Of a stretch of 64,000 nucleotides of DNA, positions 25,732 through 35,727 are shown piece by piece. The translations under genes were made by a program, and so were the position numbers. The stretch comes from Actinomycetota bacterium (GTDB lineage Bacteria; Actinomycetota; Geothermincolia; Fen-727; Anoxymicrobiaceae), in NCBI GenBank assembly GCA_043807425.1, contig JAZDFZ010000021.1, positions 574 through 64,573 of the forward strand, given 5' to 3'. The stretch's first letter is position 1. Every line of letters starts with the position of its first letter. Under the pieces are notes generated by a model. The model ran no database searches. It was given only the letters and a program-made list of their open reading frames with translations, and had not been told where the DNA came from.

Positions 25732-27690
25732 GGTGACGGTGCTCTGGAGCAGTGACATGAAGTGCTGTACCACCACGGGGTCGAACTGGGTGCCCGAACA
25801 TCGCTCCAGCTCCGCCATCGCCTGCTCCCGGGTGAGCGCGGAGCGGTAAGGCCTGTCGGAGGTCATCGCCTCGTAGGAGTCCGCCACGGCGATTATCCGC
25901 GCGCCGAGGGGGATGGTATCCCCGGCCTTGCCTTCGATGTAGCCCTGGCCGTCGAAGCGCTCGTGGTGGTGGTAGATGATGGGGATTATGTTTCCCAGTT
26001 GCGGGAGTGGCTCGATTATCCTCATCGAGAGGGCCGGGTGCATCTTGATGGCCGAGTACTCCTCCTCGGACAGCCGCCCCGGCTTGTTGAGGATATTGTC
26101 CGGTATGCCTATCTTACCCAGGTCGTGGAGCAGGCCCGCCAGGCGCAGCTCCTCGACCTCGTCGGTCGCAAGCCCCATGGACTGGGCGATCGCCACGGCG
26201 TACTGCGTCACGCGGGCCGAGTGCCCGACCGTGTAGGGGTCCCTGGCCTCGATGGCCGCGGCAAGCGCGCCGATGGCGCCCAGGTAGGTATCCTGCAGCC
26301 GGTCGTAGAGCTGTGTGTTCTCTATGGACACGGCCACCTGGGCACTGAAGTTGTCGAACATCTGGAGGTCCTCCGCGCTGTAGGTCTCGCCCGGGCCCGA
26401 GCTCGCCACTGCGATGACCCCGATGCCCTTGTCGCGCACCTTGAGCGGCGCGGCCAGGACCGCCTGCACGGGCAGGTCCAGCTCCACGAACCGCGGATCG
26501 CCGATCCCCTTGCGCCACAGCACCAGCTCGCCGTTGTTCAGCACCCAGCGGGCGACGCCCTGGAAATCGCTCCCGGTCGCCCAGTCGAACGTCCCGATGT
26601 GCGCCTCGAGCTTGAGCTCGCCGAACATCTCCTCGGCGAGCAGCAGCACCCCCGAATCCGCCCGGACCAGCACGCAGGCCATGTCCAGCAGGCCATCCAT
26701 CTGCTCGCCGGGTGCCATGTAGGTACCCAGGGAGCGCGCGACGATACCGATGGCCGCCATGTGCTTGAGCCTGGTCTCGATCTCGGAGAGGAGCCCTATG
26801 CGGTCCATCGCCATCGCCGCCTGTCCGGCGCATGCTGTGGCGAGCTCCATCTGCCCGCCCGTGAACTCGCCCTCCTTCTCCATGTCCAGCAGGAGGAGGC
26901 CCAGGCGCCGCTCCGGCGTGCGGACGGGGACCACCAGCAGGACCGGCGTGTGGTAATGGGTAAGCAGGCTTTCCACCAGTGCGGGATTGCGGTCCCCCCT
27001 CTTGAGGACTATGGGCCCACCCAGCGCCCCCACCGCCTCCAGGGCGGCGAGCTCGTCCACGGGCAGACCCATCAGCATCTCGAAGGTGTTGCTGAAGTTC
27101 GAGGCGGCCGGGACCAGGTTGCCCGTATCCTCGAACACCAGCAGGCTGCAGCGTGTGATCTCGGTGATGGAGGCCACCTGGTTGACTATGGCCCTGTACA
27201 CGTCGAAGCGGTCTCCCTCGGTGGAGAGGACGTCGGTCAGTGCGTACATGGCGGCCACCCGCTCGGCCTGGGCGGTGACCGCGGTGTCGCGGGAACCCAG
27301 GAAGCCGAGGATCATGGCGGTCCAGCAATCCCCCAGGACCTTCTCCACGCCCATCATCGCGTCCACCAGGTCGGCAAGCTCCACCGCCCCGGCGGTGACG
27401 CGCTCCTGCATTACGCTCCATACGGCGCGCTTCAGCACCTCGGGGGTGTCGGGTATCTCGGACGTTGCGAGCTCGAGCTCCGCGTAGCGGCGGCCGATAG
27501 CCTCCCACCGCTCCAGCAGCCGCGGGTTGTTGCCCTCCAGTGCGTCCGGCAGCAGCTCCAGGGTCTGCTCGGCCTGCCTGGCGATCTCGGGCGCGGGAAC
27601 GGCCGGCCCGGCGGCCCCGGCGGACAGCCGCGTCACTATCCCCATGATCTCGGACTCGTTCTCGGACAATGCCCGTGAAATCCAGGTCAT
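25729..27690 (-). CDS. GAF-GAF-HD-GYP domain phosphodiesterase
   Basis: EARDPYTVGHSARV, LLHDLGKIGIPD, HHERFDGQGY; two GAF-like segments. Confidence 0.9.
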   Translation of the reverse strand: MTWISRALSENESEIMGIVTRLSAGAAGPAVPAPEIARQAEQTLELLPDALEGNNPRLLERWEAIGRRYAELELATSEIPDTPEVLKRAVWSVMQERVTAGAVELADLVDAMMGVEKVLGDCWTAMILGFLGSRDTAVTAQAERVAAMYALTDVLSTEGDRFDVYRAIVNQVASITEITRCSLLVFEDTGNLVPAASNFSNTFEMLMGLPVDELAALEAVGALGGPIVLKRGDRNPALVESLLTHYHTPVLLVVPVRTPERRLGLLLLDMEKEGEFTGGQMELATACAGQAAMAMDRIGLLSEIETRLKHMAAIGIVARSLGTYMAPGEQMDGLLDMACVLVRADSGVLLLAEEMFGELKLEAHIGTFDWATGSDFQGVARWVLNNGELVLWRKGIGDPRFVELDLPVQAVLAAPLKVRDKGIGVIAVASSGPGETYSAEDLQMFDNFSAQVAVSIENTQLYDRLQDTYLGAIGALAAAIEARDPYTVGHSARVTQYAVAIAQSMGLATDEVEELRLAGLLHDLGKIGIPDNILNKPGRLSEEEYSAIKMHPALSMRIIEPLPQLGNIIPIIYHHHERFDGQGYIEGKAGDTIPLGARIIAVADSYEAMTSDRPYRSALTREQAMAELERCSGTQFDPVVVQHFMSLLQSTVT

Positions 27691-27872
27691 GCTACCCTCT
27701 CTCGCACCCACGGTGATTCTTAGTAATTCTAGCACTTGTGCGGGCCTGCTCAGCATGCTGTCGCGCAAGCGTGGCACCGGGGTCGGCGGACGGTCGGACA
27801 GGCCCGTCGGGGGGCCCGAGCGGCGACCCACCCGGTAGCGGTTGCCCCGCGCTCCGGTGTTACAATCCAGGC

Positions 27873-29354
27873 ATGCCGGCGGAGAAAGACCCCAAGAACG
27901 GAAGCCTGCCGCGGTGGCTGGTGTGGTGCGCGCTCGGCGGGATAGCCGCCGTCTTCCTCTACCTCAGGCTCAGGAATATACACCAGGTCCTGCCGTGGGA
28001 CGAGGCCCAGCTCGCTCTCACCATCCGGTCTTTCTCCGCGGGGCAGAAGGACGTCTGGAGCTCGCTGGCCCGCATACACCCGCCGTTCTATCTCTGGCTG
28101 ATGTCCGGCGTCGCGCGGCTGCTGAGCGCGGGCGGCGCGATCTACAGGTTCTTCTCGGTGGTGTTCTCGTTCGGCACGCTCGCGGTCACCTACCTGCTGG
28201 CCAGGCGCCTCTACGGCGAGAAGGTCGCGCTCCTGGCGGCGTTCTGCCTGGCGGTGATGCCCGCGGCTCTCGTTATGGACACCTGGGTGAAGCAGGACCC
28301 CCTGGCCGACCTCCTGGTGGTTCTCGCGATCTTCCTCTTCGTGCGCGAGAACTGGGTCTGGGCCGGCATCGCGTTCGGGGCCGGGATGCTGACCAAGGAG
28401 ACGGCCATCTTCGCCCTGCTGGTCATCTTCCTCTACTCGCTTGCGACCTGGGACTCGGCCAGGATGAAGAGGACCGCGGGCGTCGCGGGAATAGGGTTCC
28501 TGATGTCGTCCTGGTGGTACATCTGGTTCAGCCGGGGGGTGGGTCACTCCTGGGAGTTCTTCCGGACCGCGGGCTCGGAGGGCGCTCTGTTCGGCAAGCC
28601 GTTCCTTTACTACTTCACGGGTCTGCCCAGGGACCTGGGCTGGCCGCTGTTCGTGCTTCTTCTGGCCGGCCTGGCGGCCTGCGTGTACCACCTGGCGAAG
28701 CGGCGTGAGAAGGACTACGTCCTGCCGCTGGTCTGGTTCGGCGGCATCTACCTGTTCCTCTCGGTCTCGGTGGGCAAGCCGTACTGGATGATACCGCCCA
28801 CCTTTCCGGCCCTGGCCCTGCTGTGCGGAATCGGTGCACTGGGGGCGTTGGACCTGTGCTCGACGGTGTTCAAGAAGGAGAAGCCGAGGAAGGTGGCCGT
28901 GGTCACGGTGGTCGCCGTCGTCGTGGCGGCGGGGCTGGTATCCGGGATAACCCTTGGCTACCTGGGGTACAACAAGGCGAAGATGGAGCAGTACTGGGAT
29001 TACGCCGTCTCCACGAAGAACGACGCGCGCCTCATGAGGTCGGGGGCAGGCGACACGCCTGTCGTGGTGGTGCTCGACGAGAAGTCGCTGGACCGGGAGG
29101 CGGTGCTCACATACTACCTGGGAGACACGCACCAGATAGTCCTGGCGTCCGGCGCGATGACCGACCCCGAGGCGCTGCTGCAGAGGTACGTCAGGCAGTA
29201 CTTCTCCAACTGGCTGTACATCAAGAAGGGACAGGGCGCCGGGTACGCCGCGCTGGTGGACTCGTTCCTGGCGAGGCTGCCCGAGCTCGCACCCTTCGAC
29301 ATGCTGCGCGACACCCCCTGGGCCTACGTCCTCCGCCTGACCCCCGGACCTTGA
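27873..29354 (+). CDS. Glycosyltransferase family 39 (ArnT/PMT-like) membrane protein
   Basis: PWDEA, HPPFY, GMLTKETA, many TM segments; apparently leaderless start. Confidence 0.82.
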   Translation: MPAEKDPKNGSLPRWLVWCALGGIAAVFLYLRLRNIHQVLPWDEAQLALTIRSFSAGQKDVWSSLARIHPPFYLWLMSGVARLLSAGGAIYRFFSVVFSFGTLAVTYLLARRLYGEKVALLAAFCLAVMPAALVMDTWVKQDPLADLLVVLAIFLFVRENWVWAGIAFGAGMLTKETAIFALLVIFLYSLATWDSARMKRTAGVAGIGFLMSSWWYIWFSRGVGHSWEFFRTAGSEGALFGKPFLYYFTGLPRDLGWPLFVLLLAGLAACVYHLAKRREKDYVLPLVWFGGIYLFLSVSVGKPYWMIPPTFPALALLCGIGALGALDLCSTVFKKEKPRKVAVVTVVAVVVAAGLVSGITLGYLGYNKAKMEQYWDYAVSTKNDARLMRSGAGDTPVVVVLDEKSLDREAVLTYYLGDTHQIVLASGAMTDPEALLQRYVRQYFSNWLYIKKGQGAGYAALVDSFLARLPELAPFDMLRDTPWAYVLRLTPGP

Positions 29355-29369
29355 GCTGACTCCCCATTT

Positions 29370-29408
29370 CCCCCTCCCCCTCGAGGGGGGAGGGTCGGGG
29401 CGGGGGTG
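29370..29408. repeat. REP-like family A palindrome, 3' of nth
   Basis: CCCCCTCCCCC-TCGA-GGGGGGAGGG-TCGGGGCGGGGGTG, near-identical to 2650-2687. Confidence 0.85.
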
Positions 29409-29412
29409 CAGC

Positions 29413-29446
29413 GTGAAAGAAAACCTCAAACCGTTTCTTTCATCAC
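29413..29446. repeat. REP-like family B single hairpin
   Basis: TGAAAGAAA-ACCTCAAACCG-TTTCTTTCA; encodes the last codons and the stop of nth. Confidence 0.75.
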
Positions 29447-30034
29447 CAGGTCGCAGAGCATGTTGACCGGGCAGATCTCGTGGGCGGGGTTGCGGGCGTG
29501 GCAGATCTCCCTGCCCAGCTCGACCAGGTTGAGGTGCATGCGGGGCCGGATCGCCGGGGGAACGATCTCTTCAAGGATCTCCTGGGCCTTCTCGGCGGTG
29601 GCGTCGCTGTCGATGAGCCCTATGCGCTTCGAGGTGCGGAGGACGTGGGTGTCAACCGGGAGGACCTTGCGGCCGTCGGCGAACATGAGCACGACGGAAG
29701 CGGTCTTGGGACCGACGCCGGGCAGCGAGGTGAGCCACTCGCGCGCCTCGGTCACCTTCATATCCCGGACGAACTCGAGCGAGAGGTCGCCCCGCTCCTG
29801 CTGTATCCGCGCAAGGATCTCCTTGATGGCGGCCGACTTCTGGTAGGACAGCCCGCCGGGCTTTATCGCCCGCTCGATGCGGCCGACCGGCGCCGCGGCG
29901 AGCTGCTCGATGGCGGGAAACGACTCTATCAGGCGCGCGTAGGCCAGGTTGTAGTTACGGCGCGAGGTGTTCTGCGAGAGCACGGCGTGGACCAGCTCGT
30001 GGACGATGTCGCGGCGTTCGGAGGGAAGCCTCAT
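29426..30034 (-). CDS. nth: Endonuclease III family (HhH-GPD) DNA glycosylase
   Basis: VLSQNT, LPGVGPKTA, VDTHV; Fe-S motif reads C-X6-H-X2-C-X5-C. Confidence 0.85.
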   Translation of the reverse strand: MRLPSERRDIVHELVHAVLSQNTSRRNYNLAYARLIESFPAIEQLAAAPVGRIERAIKPGGLSYQKSAAIKEILARIQQERGDLSLEFVRDMKVTEAREWLTSLPGVGPKTASVVLMFADGRKVLPVDTHVLRTSKRIGLIDSDATAEKAQEILEEIVPPAIRPRMHLNLVELGREICHARNPAHEICPVNMLCDLVMKETV

Positions 30035-30124
30035 GCCGAACGCCTTTACCAGGCGTTTGTCTATCTCGAGGGCTTTCTGTTTTTTTTCAAATGATTGCAG
30101 GTTGGCCTCCTAGACACAGACGGT

Positions 30125-30161
30125 CACCCCCACCCCGGCCCTCCCCCCTCGAGGGGGAGGG
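30125..30161. repeat. REP-like family A palindrome, 5' of nth (inverted)
   Basis: Reverse complement CCCTCCCCC-TCGA-GGGGGGAGGG-CCGGGGTGGGGGTG. Confidence 0.85.
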
Positions 30162-30171
30162 AGGAATCGGC

Positions 30172-31467
30172 TTACCAGGGGATTATCGGGGTTATGCGAG
30201 CGGTGGTCCGGTGCAGCCTCGCCTGCGCGAGCAGCTCCAGGGACTTGACGGGGTTTATCGGGACCATCTTGAGCGGGCTGACCCTCATCAGCCTGTTCAG
30301 CGCCCCCGTGGTGCCGGCCAGGTCGTTGCACTCCCGGCTGAAGAACACGTTCTTCTTCCCCAGCCGCTTCACCAGCCGGGCGCCGACCTCCTCGCAGGCG
30401 CACGGCCCCGCGACCAGCACCTTCCCCTCGACGGCATCGATCCGTTCCCTGTCGAAGCCCTTGCCCATCACGATGGTGAACCCGCCCTTGCCGTCGAAGT
30501 CCAGGTAGAGCACCTGCAGGAGCGCCATTGTGTTAGCGTCGCACCCCTCCAGGCAGTTGCGCTCCTCCCCCCTGATGATCTCCACGTCGTGGGGAAACGC
30601 GTCGTACAGCTCGTAGGGATGCTTCCTGCGGAACCTCCCCAGCTTCTCGCCGAGCACCTCTATCTGCTCCAGGTCCGCGCACCCCAGCCCCATGTCGCGC
30701 GCCTCGGCCAGGTGCTTGACCTCTTCGACCGAGTAGCCGAACATCCGCGCGCACACCGTGTCTACGGCGAGCGTGTCGGTCCCACCGATGAGCATGTTGA
30801 ACGGGACCAGGCTCTGCTTGTGCAGGGCTATCGGCGGGTAGTGCCCGTGGGCGGTCCCGACCGTCCCGTCCACCAGGGTGAAGTCCGGCCTGATCACGCT
30901 GTAGATGTCGGCGATCTTTTTGTGCAGGCGCCAGTTGTGGTCCGGGGAGCGGTCGGCGTGCGCCAGGAGCCCGTACTGGTTCTTCAGCCCGCAGGTGAGC
31001 ACTGTCATGGAGTGGGTCTTCAGCTTTGGTACGTTTATGTACGTGACCGAGTCGCGCTCCTCGATGATGCGTTTGACATGTCGGGACACGCGCACCCGGT
31101 ATCCCATGTGGGGCAGTTCCACGGGGACCTGCTTCCCCTCGTCGAGATACAGGGGCTCCGCGTGATGGGTCCTGGCCGTCTGCTCGAGCCCGGTCACGTG
31201 GAACACCAGGCGGGTGAAGTTCGCCTGGGTCGCATTTTCCATCAGGTAGATCTTCTCGGCGCCGGCGTCGTGGCAGTAGTCGAGGACCTGCGCGACGACG
31301 GCCGGGCTGGTGAAGACATACGGCTTGAAGTCGATGGCGTTGACCTTGACGTACACCTCGGGCCTGGCCTTCACGATGTCGGCCACGCCGTGCTCGTCCA
31401 TCACCAGGGCGACCGCTCCGGGCAGGTCCCTCTTGACGTCGATTAGTGAGACGGTGGTGTGAGTCAT
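30172..31467 (-). CDS. DUF362 domain-containing protein
   Basis: VYVKVN, INVPKLKTH...LTCGLKNQYG, PDFTLVDG, GGTDTLAVD. Confidence 0.85.
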   Translation of the reverse strand: MTHTTVSLIDVKRDLPGAVALVMDEHGVADIVKARPEVYVKVNAIDFKPYVFTSPAVVAQVLDYCHDAGAEKIYLMENATQANFTRLVFHVTGLEQTARTHHAEPLYLDEGKQVPVELPHMGYRVRVSRHVKRIIEERDSVTYINVPKLKTHSMTVLTCGLKNQYGLLAHADRSPDHNWRLHKKIADIYSVIRPDFTLVDGTVGTAHGHYPPIALHKQSLVPFNMLIGGTDTLAVDTVCARMFGYSVEEVKHLAEARDMGLGCADLEQIEVLGEKLGRFRRKHPYELYDAFPHDVEIIRGEERNCLEGCDANTMALLQVLYLDFDGKGGFTIVMGKGFDRERIDAVEGKVLVAGPCACEEVGARLVKRLGKKNVFFSRECNDLAGTTGALNRLMRVSPLKMVPINPVKSLELLAQARLHRTTARITPIIPW

Positions 31468-31494
31468 CGCACTCCCGGCGATCAGGCCCTCGCG

Positions 31495-32751
31495 CTAGAG
31501 GTCCTTGGGTATGGCCTCGCCCCGGACCAGGTCCTCGTACGTCTCACGCCGGCGGATGACGAACGCCCGCCGCCCGGAGACCAGGACCTCCGGCAGCCTG
31601 GTGCGCGAGTTGTAGTTGGAGGACATGGTAAAGCCGTACGCCCCGGCCGTGAACACCGCCAGCAGCTCCCCGGGCTGGACCTCGGGGATGGCGCGGTCCT
31701 GGGCCAGGAAGTCGCCGGACTCGCAGATGGGGCCGACCACGTCCACCTTGATCTCGGAGGCGCCCTCGCGGTAGACAACCGGGCCGATGTGGTGGTTTGC
31801 CTGGTACAGGCTCGGCCTGATGAGGTCGTTCATCGCGGCGTCCACCACCACGAAGCGCTTGCCCTCTCCCTGCTTGTTCAGCAGGACCTTCGTCACCAGG
31901 ATGCCGGCGTTGCCGGCTATCATGCGGCCGACCTCCATGATCGCCGTGCAGCCGGTCTCCTTGAGGATCGGTACTATCCCCGCCGCGAACTGCTCGGGCT
32001 CCGGCGCGTCCTCGTCCGTGTACTGTATGCCGAAGCCTCCCCCGATGTTGATGTAGCGTATGTCCAGTCCCAGCACCTTGAGGCTCTTGGCGAGGTTGGT
32101 CACCTTGCGCAGGCTGGCCTCGAACGGGCCCGGCTCCAGTATCTGCGAGCCGATATGCTGGTGGACCCCGATCGGGTTCAGGCCGGGAAGCTTCTGCGCC
32201 ACCTCGTACTCGGCCATGGCCTGGCTCAGTGGGATGCCGAACTTGCTATGCTTCAACCCTGTGGCGATGTAGGGGTGTGTCCTGGCGTCGATGTCCGGGT
32301 TGACCCTCAGGGCGATAGATGCCTGCGTGCCCAGGCGCTGGGCGACGTCGTTTATGAGCATCAGCTCCTGGCTGGACTCGACGTTGAACATGAGTATGCC
32401 CTCGGACAGGCCGTACTCGATCTCCCGCTCGGTCTTGCCAAGCCCCGCAAAGACTATCTTCTGCGGGTCCATGCCGGCCTTGAGCGCCCGGTACAGCTCG
32501 CCCCCGGAAACCACGTCGGCTCCCGCCCCTTCCCCGGCCATCATGGAGAGGATCGCCACGTTGCTGTTAGCCTTGACGGAGTAGCAGATGATGTGGGCGA
32601 GGTCCCCGAAGGCGGCGTCGACGTGCTGCAGGTGGCTGGTGAAGGTGCTCTTGCTGTAGAGGTAAAACGGCGTGCCGACCTTGGCCGCGATGTCGCTGAC
32701 CTTCAGCTCCTCGCAGTACAGTACGCCGTCCTTGTAGACAAAATCGTTCAA
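31495..32751 (-). CDS. lysA: Diaminopimelate decarboxylase
   Basis: YSVKAN, GADVVSGGEL, SKFG, HIGSQ, NIGGG, GPICESGD, GAYGFTMSSNYNSR. Confidence 0.97.
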   Translation of the reverse strand: MNDFVYKDGVLYCEELKVSDIAAKVGTPFYLYSKSTFTSHLQHVDAAFGDLAHIICYSVKANSNVAILSMMAGEGAGADVVSGGELYRALKAGMDPQKIVFAGLGKTEREIEYGLSEGILMFNVESSQELMLINDVAQRLGTQASIALRVNPDIDARTHPYIATGLKHSKFGIPLSQAMAEYEVAQKLPGLNPIGVHQHIGSQILEPGPFEASLRKVTNLAKSLKVLGLDIRYINIGGGFGIQYTDEDAPEPEQFAAGIVPILKETGCTAIMEVGRMIAGNAGILVTKVLLNKQGEGKRFVVVDAAMNDLIRPSLYQANHHIGPVVYREGASEIKVDVVGPICESGDFLAQDRAIPEVQPGELLAVFTAGAYGFTMSSNYNSRTRLPEVLVSGRRAFVIRRRETYEDLVRGEAIPKDL

Positions 32752-32843
32752 GACACCACCCGCGAGAGTCGTTGGGCTATTACAATAACATAATCGTCAA
32801 AGGTAATTAAAACCGTCCGAACCCGGGAAGGAGCGGCGCCGTT

Positions 32844-33080
32844 ATGCACACCACGAACCCCGATCTGGTCGCTCTGAAGACCGCCGCAAGGCAACAGGCT
32901 TCGCGGGTAGAAGCCGAGGCGAAAGCGGCGTCTCAGTGGGCGGCGCTGTCGCGCAACCGAGGCTTCGACGAGGTGGCCTCAGGGTTCGATGCCCTCGCGG
33001 CGGCGCTCACCGATGCCGCGTGCCACGCGGAGGCGGCCGCCTCGGCCTCCTTCGAAGCTCAGCATACGGAGGATGACTAA
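32844..33080 (+). CDS. Small Ala-rich hypothetical protein
   Basis: GGAAGGAG upstream; fills the gap between lysA and nfo; no family recognised. Confidence 0.4.
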   Translation: MHTTNPDLVALKTAARQQASRVEAEAKAASQWAALSRNRGFDEVASGFDALAAALTDAACHAEAAASASFEAQHTEDD

Positions 33081-33099
33081 GATCGCCATGACTAAGATC

Positions 33100-33154
33100 G
33101 GGGTCAGGTCAGATTCAAGTCACCCATGGAGTGACTTGAATCTGACCTGACCCC
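33100..33154. repeat. Perfect 24-bp inverted repeat (family C-like GGGGTCAGGTC core)
   Basis: GGGGTCAGGTCAGATTCAAGTCAC-CCATGGA-GTGACTTGAATCTGACCTGACCCC. Confidence 0.9.
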
Positions 33155-33167
33155 ATGTGTAGTCGCT

Positions 33168-33998
33168 TCACAGGGAGCGGAGGAGGGCCAGGTCGTCCGG
33201 GTCGTCCGGTGACTCGTGGGGCACCTCTACGATGGCGGGAAGGTCGCGCAGGGCGGGGTGGTTGACCATGTAGGAGAACGCCGCCAGCCCGATCTCCCCC
33301 TCGCCGATGTGGGTGTGCCTGTCCAGGTGGGAGCCCAACTCCCCCTTCGAGTCGTTCATGTGTATGGCCTTCAAGCGGTCCAGCCCGATGAAGCGCTCCA
33401 TCTCCTGCAGCACGCCGTCGATCCCCTTCTGTGTCCTTATGTCGTAACCCGCCGCGAACACGTGGCAGGTGTCCATGCAGAATCCCAGCCTCTCGGGCCT
33501 GCCCGAGGCGTCGAACACCGCCCCGAACTGCTCGAAGGTGTTTCCGATGGATGTCCCCGCGCCGGCCGTGGTCTCGAGCAGCAGCATCGCCTCGCCCCCT
33601 GAGCGCTCGAGGCACTCGGTCACCGCCCCGGCTATCCTGCGCACGCCGTACTCCTCCCCCTCGCCCTTGTGGTTGCCGATGTGGGTGATGACCCCCGCGG
33701 CCCCCAGCCTCTCGGCCTTCTGAAGGGCGCTGGAGAGCGATGCCACGGACCGCTTGAAGATCTGCTCGGAGGGCGCCGCCATGTTGACCAGGTAGATGGA
33801 GTGCAGCAGCACGGGGTCTATCCCCGACGAACGCTTCGCCTCGGCGAACTCCAGGGCCTCCTCGTCGCCCACCTCGGTCGTGCCCCACTGCTGGGGGCTG
33901 CCGGGGAACATCTGGATGGCGTCGCAGCCGGCGTCTATCCCGTTGAGGATGGCGGAGACCGGCGGGCCGCTCACACCGACGTGGTACCCGAAACGCAT
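33168..33998 (-). CDS. nfo: Endonuclease IV (deoxyribonuclease IV)
   Basis: FGYHV, HSIYLVN, LLETTAG, CMDTCHVFAAGYD, HMNDSK..LDRHTHIGEG. Confidence 0.95.
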   Translation of the reverse strand: MRFGYHVGVSGPPVSAILNGIDAGCDAIQMFPGSPQQWGTTEVGDEEALEFAEAKRSSGIDPVLLHSIYLVNMAAPSEQIFKRSVASLSSALQKAERLGAAGVITHIGNHKGEGEEYGVRRIAGAVTECLERSGGEAMLLLETTAGAGTSIGNTFEQFGAVFDASGRPERLGFCMDTCHVFAAGYDIRTQKGIDGVLQEMERFIGLDRLKAIHMNDSKGELGSHLDRHTHIGEGEIGLAAFSYMVNHPALRDLPAIVEVPHESPDDPDDLALLRSL

Positions 33999-34059
33999 CG
34001 CACTCCCTAATAATCCTCGCTAATGTGCCTGGCACATTAGTTAACAAGTATTAGCGCCG

Positions 34060-35727
34060 TCACATGCTCTCGGGGGCCGACACACCCAGCAGCCCCAGCG
34101 CGATCTCGAGCACCTGCCGGACCCCCTTCACCAGGAACATGCGGGCTGCGGTGAGTCCCTCGTCCTCGGTCACCACCCGGCAGTCGCGGTAGAAGACGTG
34201 GAAAAGGGCGGCCAGCTCCTCCGCGTACTTCGTCAGGCGGTGAGGCGTCCTCTGCCGAGCGCAGATGACAACTATCTCCTCCAGCTCGGCCAGCTTTCGT
34301 ATGAGGTCCATCTCCGCGGTCGTGTCCAGCAGGGCGATCTCCTCCGGCGAAGGCACCCTGTCCCCCGCCCCCTGCTCGGCCGCGAACCGGATGATGCTGC
34401 ATATCCTGGCGTGCGCATACTGCACGTAGTAGACCGGGTTCTCGGGCGACTCCTTCCTGGCCAGCTCTATGTCCAGGTCGAGCGGCGAGTCACTGGTGCG
34501 CTGCAGGAAGAAGTACCTCGCGGCGTCCGGGCCGACCTCGTCCAGCAGCTCGTCGAGCGTGATGATGTCGCCGGTGCGCTTGGACATGACCACCGGCTCA
34601 CCCGCCCGGTACAGCCGCACCAGGTGCCCAAGTATCACCTCCAAGTGCTCGGCCCCATACCCCATCGCGTCCATCGACGCCTTCATCCTGGCCACGTAGC
34701 CGTGGTGGTCCGCCCCCCAGATGTCGATGACCAGGTCGAAGCCGCGCAGCATCTTGTCGTGGTGGTAGGCGATGTCCGAGGCGAAGTAGGTCGGCTCGCC
34801 GTTCGAGCGGACCAGCACGCGGTCCTTCTCGTCCCCGTACTCCGAGGTCTTCAGCCACAGCGCGCCCTCGTAGCGGTACGCCTCGCCCCTCTCCTCCAGC
34901 TCGGCCAGCGTGCGCTCGACCTCGCCATTCCGGTACAGCTCCCGCTCGCTGAACCACACGTCGAACCGGACCCCCATACGCTCACACGTCGCCCGGATGG
35001 ACTCCAGCATCCTCGGGTACTCCGTGTCGGCGAATAGACGCGAGCGCTCCTCGTCCGGTAGCTCGGCGTACTCGTCGCCGTGCTCCTCGACGATCCGGCC
35101 GGCGATATCGACGATGTAGCGGCCGGCGTACCCGCTCTCGGGAAAGACGGCGTCCCGCCCCAGCGCCTCCATGTAGCGCGCGGAGATGGACCTGCCGAAG
35201 TTGGCGACCTGCGTCCCGTAGTCGTTCACGTAGAACTCGCGCTGTACCTCGAGGCCGGCGTGCTCCATCACGCGGACCAGGGCGTCGCCGTAGGCCGCCC
35301 AGCGGCCGTGCCCCACGTGCAGCGGTCCGACCGGGTTCGCGCTCACGAACTCCACCTGGACCTTACCCGCGCCGCCGGCGGTGGAGGAGGCGAAGCCGTC
35401 TCCCCTGGCGTCGATCTCGAAGAGGATCCCCCGTACGAACTCCGGGGCGAGGCGGAAGTTGATGAACCCCGGGCCGGCGACCTCCACGCCGGAGACAACG
35501 CCGGGCACCGGCTCCATGTGCCGGGTGAGGGCTTCGGCCACCTGGCGGGGCTTGGCCCCTGTGTGCTTCGCCAGCACCAGGGCCAGGTTTGTCGCCCAGT
35601 CCCCGTGCTCGAGCCTCTTGGGACGCTCCAGCGCGACCGATACCTCGGCGATAGGCGGTATCTCGCCGGCTTCCACCGCCGCGGCCACCGCGCCCTCTAT
35701 GAGCTCGACTATCTTCTCCCTGGACAT
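34060..35727 (-). CDS. argS: Arginine--tRNA ligase
   Basis: HGDWATN, GPGFINF, VEFVSANPVGPLHVGHGR, GADHHGY, MSKRTG, YVQYAHAR. Confidence 0.97.
   Translation of the reverse strand: MSREKIVELIEGAVAAAVEAGEIPPIAEVSVALERPKRLEHGDWATNLALVLAKHTGAKPRQVAEALTRHMEPVPGVVSGVEVAGPGFINFRLAPEFVRGILFEIDARGDGFASSTAGGAGKVQVEFVSANPVGPLHVGHGRWAAYGDALVRVMEHAGLEVQREFYVNDYGTQVANFGRSISARYMEALGRDAVFPESGYAGRYIVDIAGRIVEEHGDEYAELPDEERSRLFADTEYPRMLESIRATCERMGVRFDVWFSERELYRNGEVERTLAELEERGEAYRYEGALWLKTSEYGDEKDRVLVRSNGEPTYFASDIAYHHDKMLRGFDLVIDIWGADHHGYVARMKASMDAMGYGAEHLEVILGHLVRLYRAGEPVVMSKRTGDIITLDELLDEVGPDAARYFFLQRTSDSPLDLDIELARKESPENPVYYVQYAHARICSIIRFAAEQGAGDRVPSPEEIALLDTTAEMDLIRKLAELEEIVVICARQRTPHRLTKYAEELAALFHVFYRDCRVVTEDEGLTAARMFLVKGVRQVLEIALGLLGVSAPESM

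Noticed and set aside
32752-32843. Lysine riboswitch upstream of lysA
   Set aside because: Interval too short and lacks the AGAGG.GC and CUGUC hallmarks.
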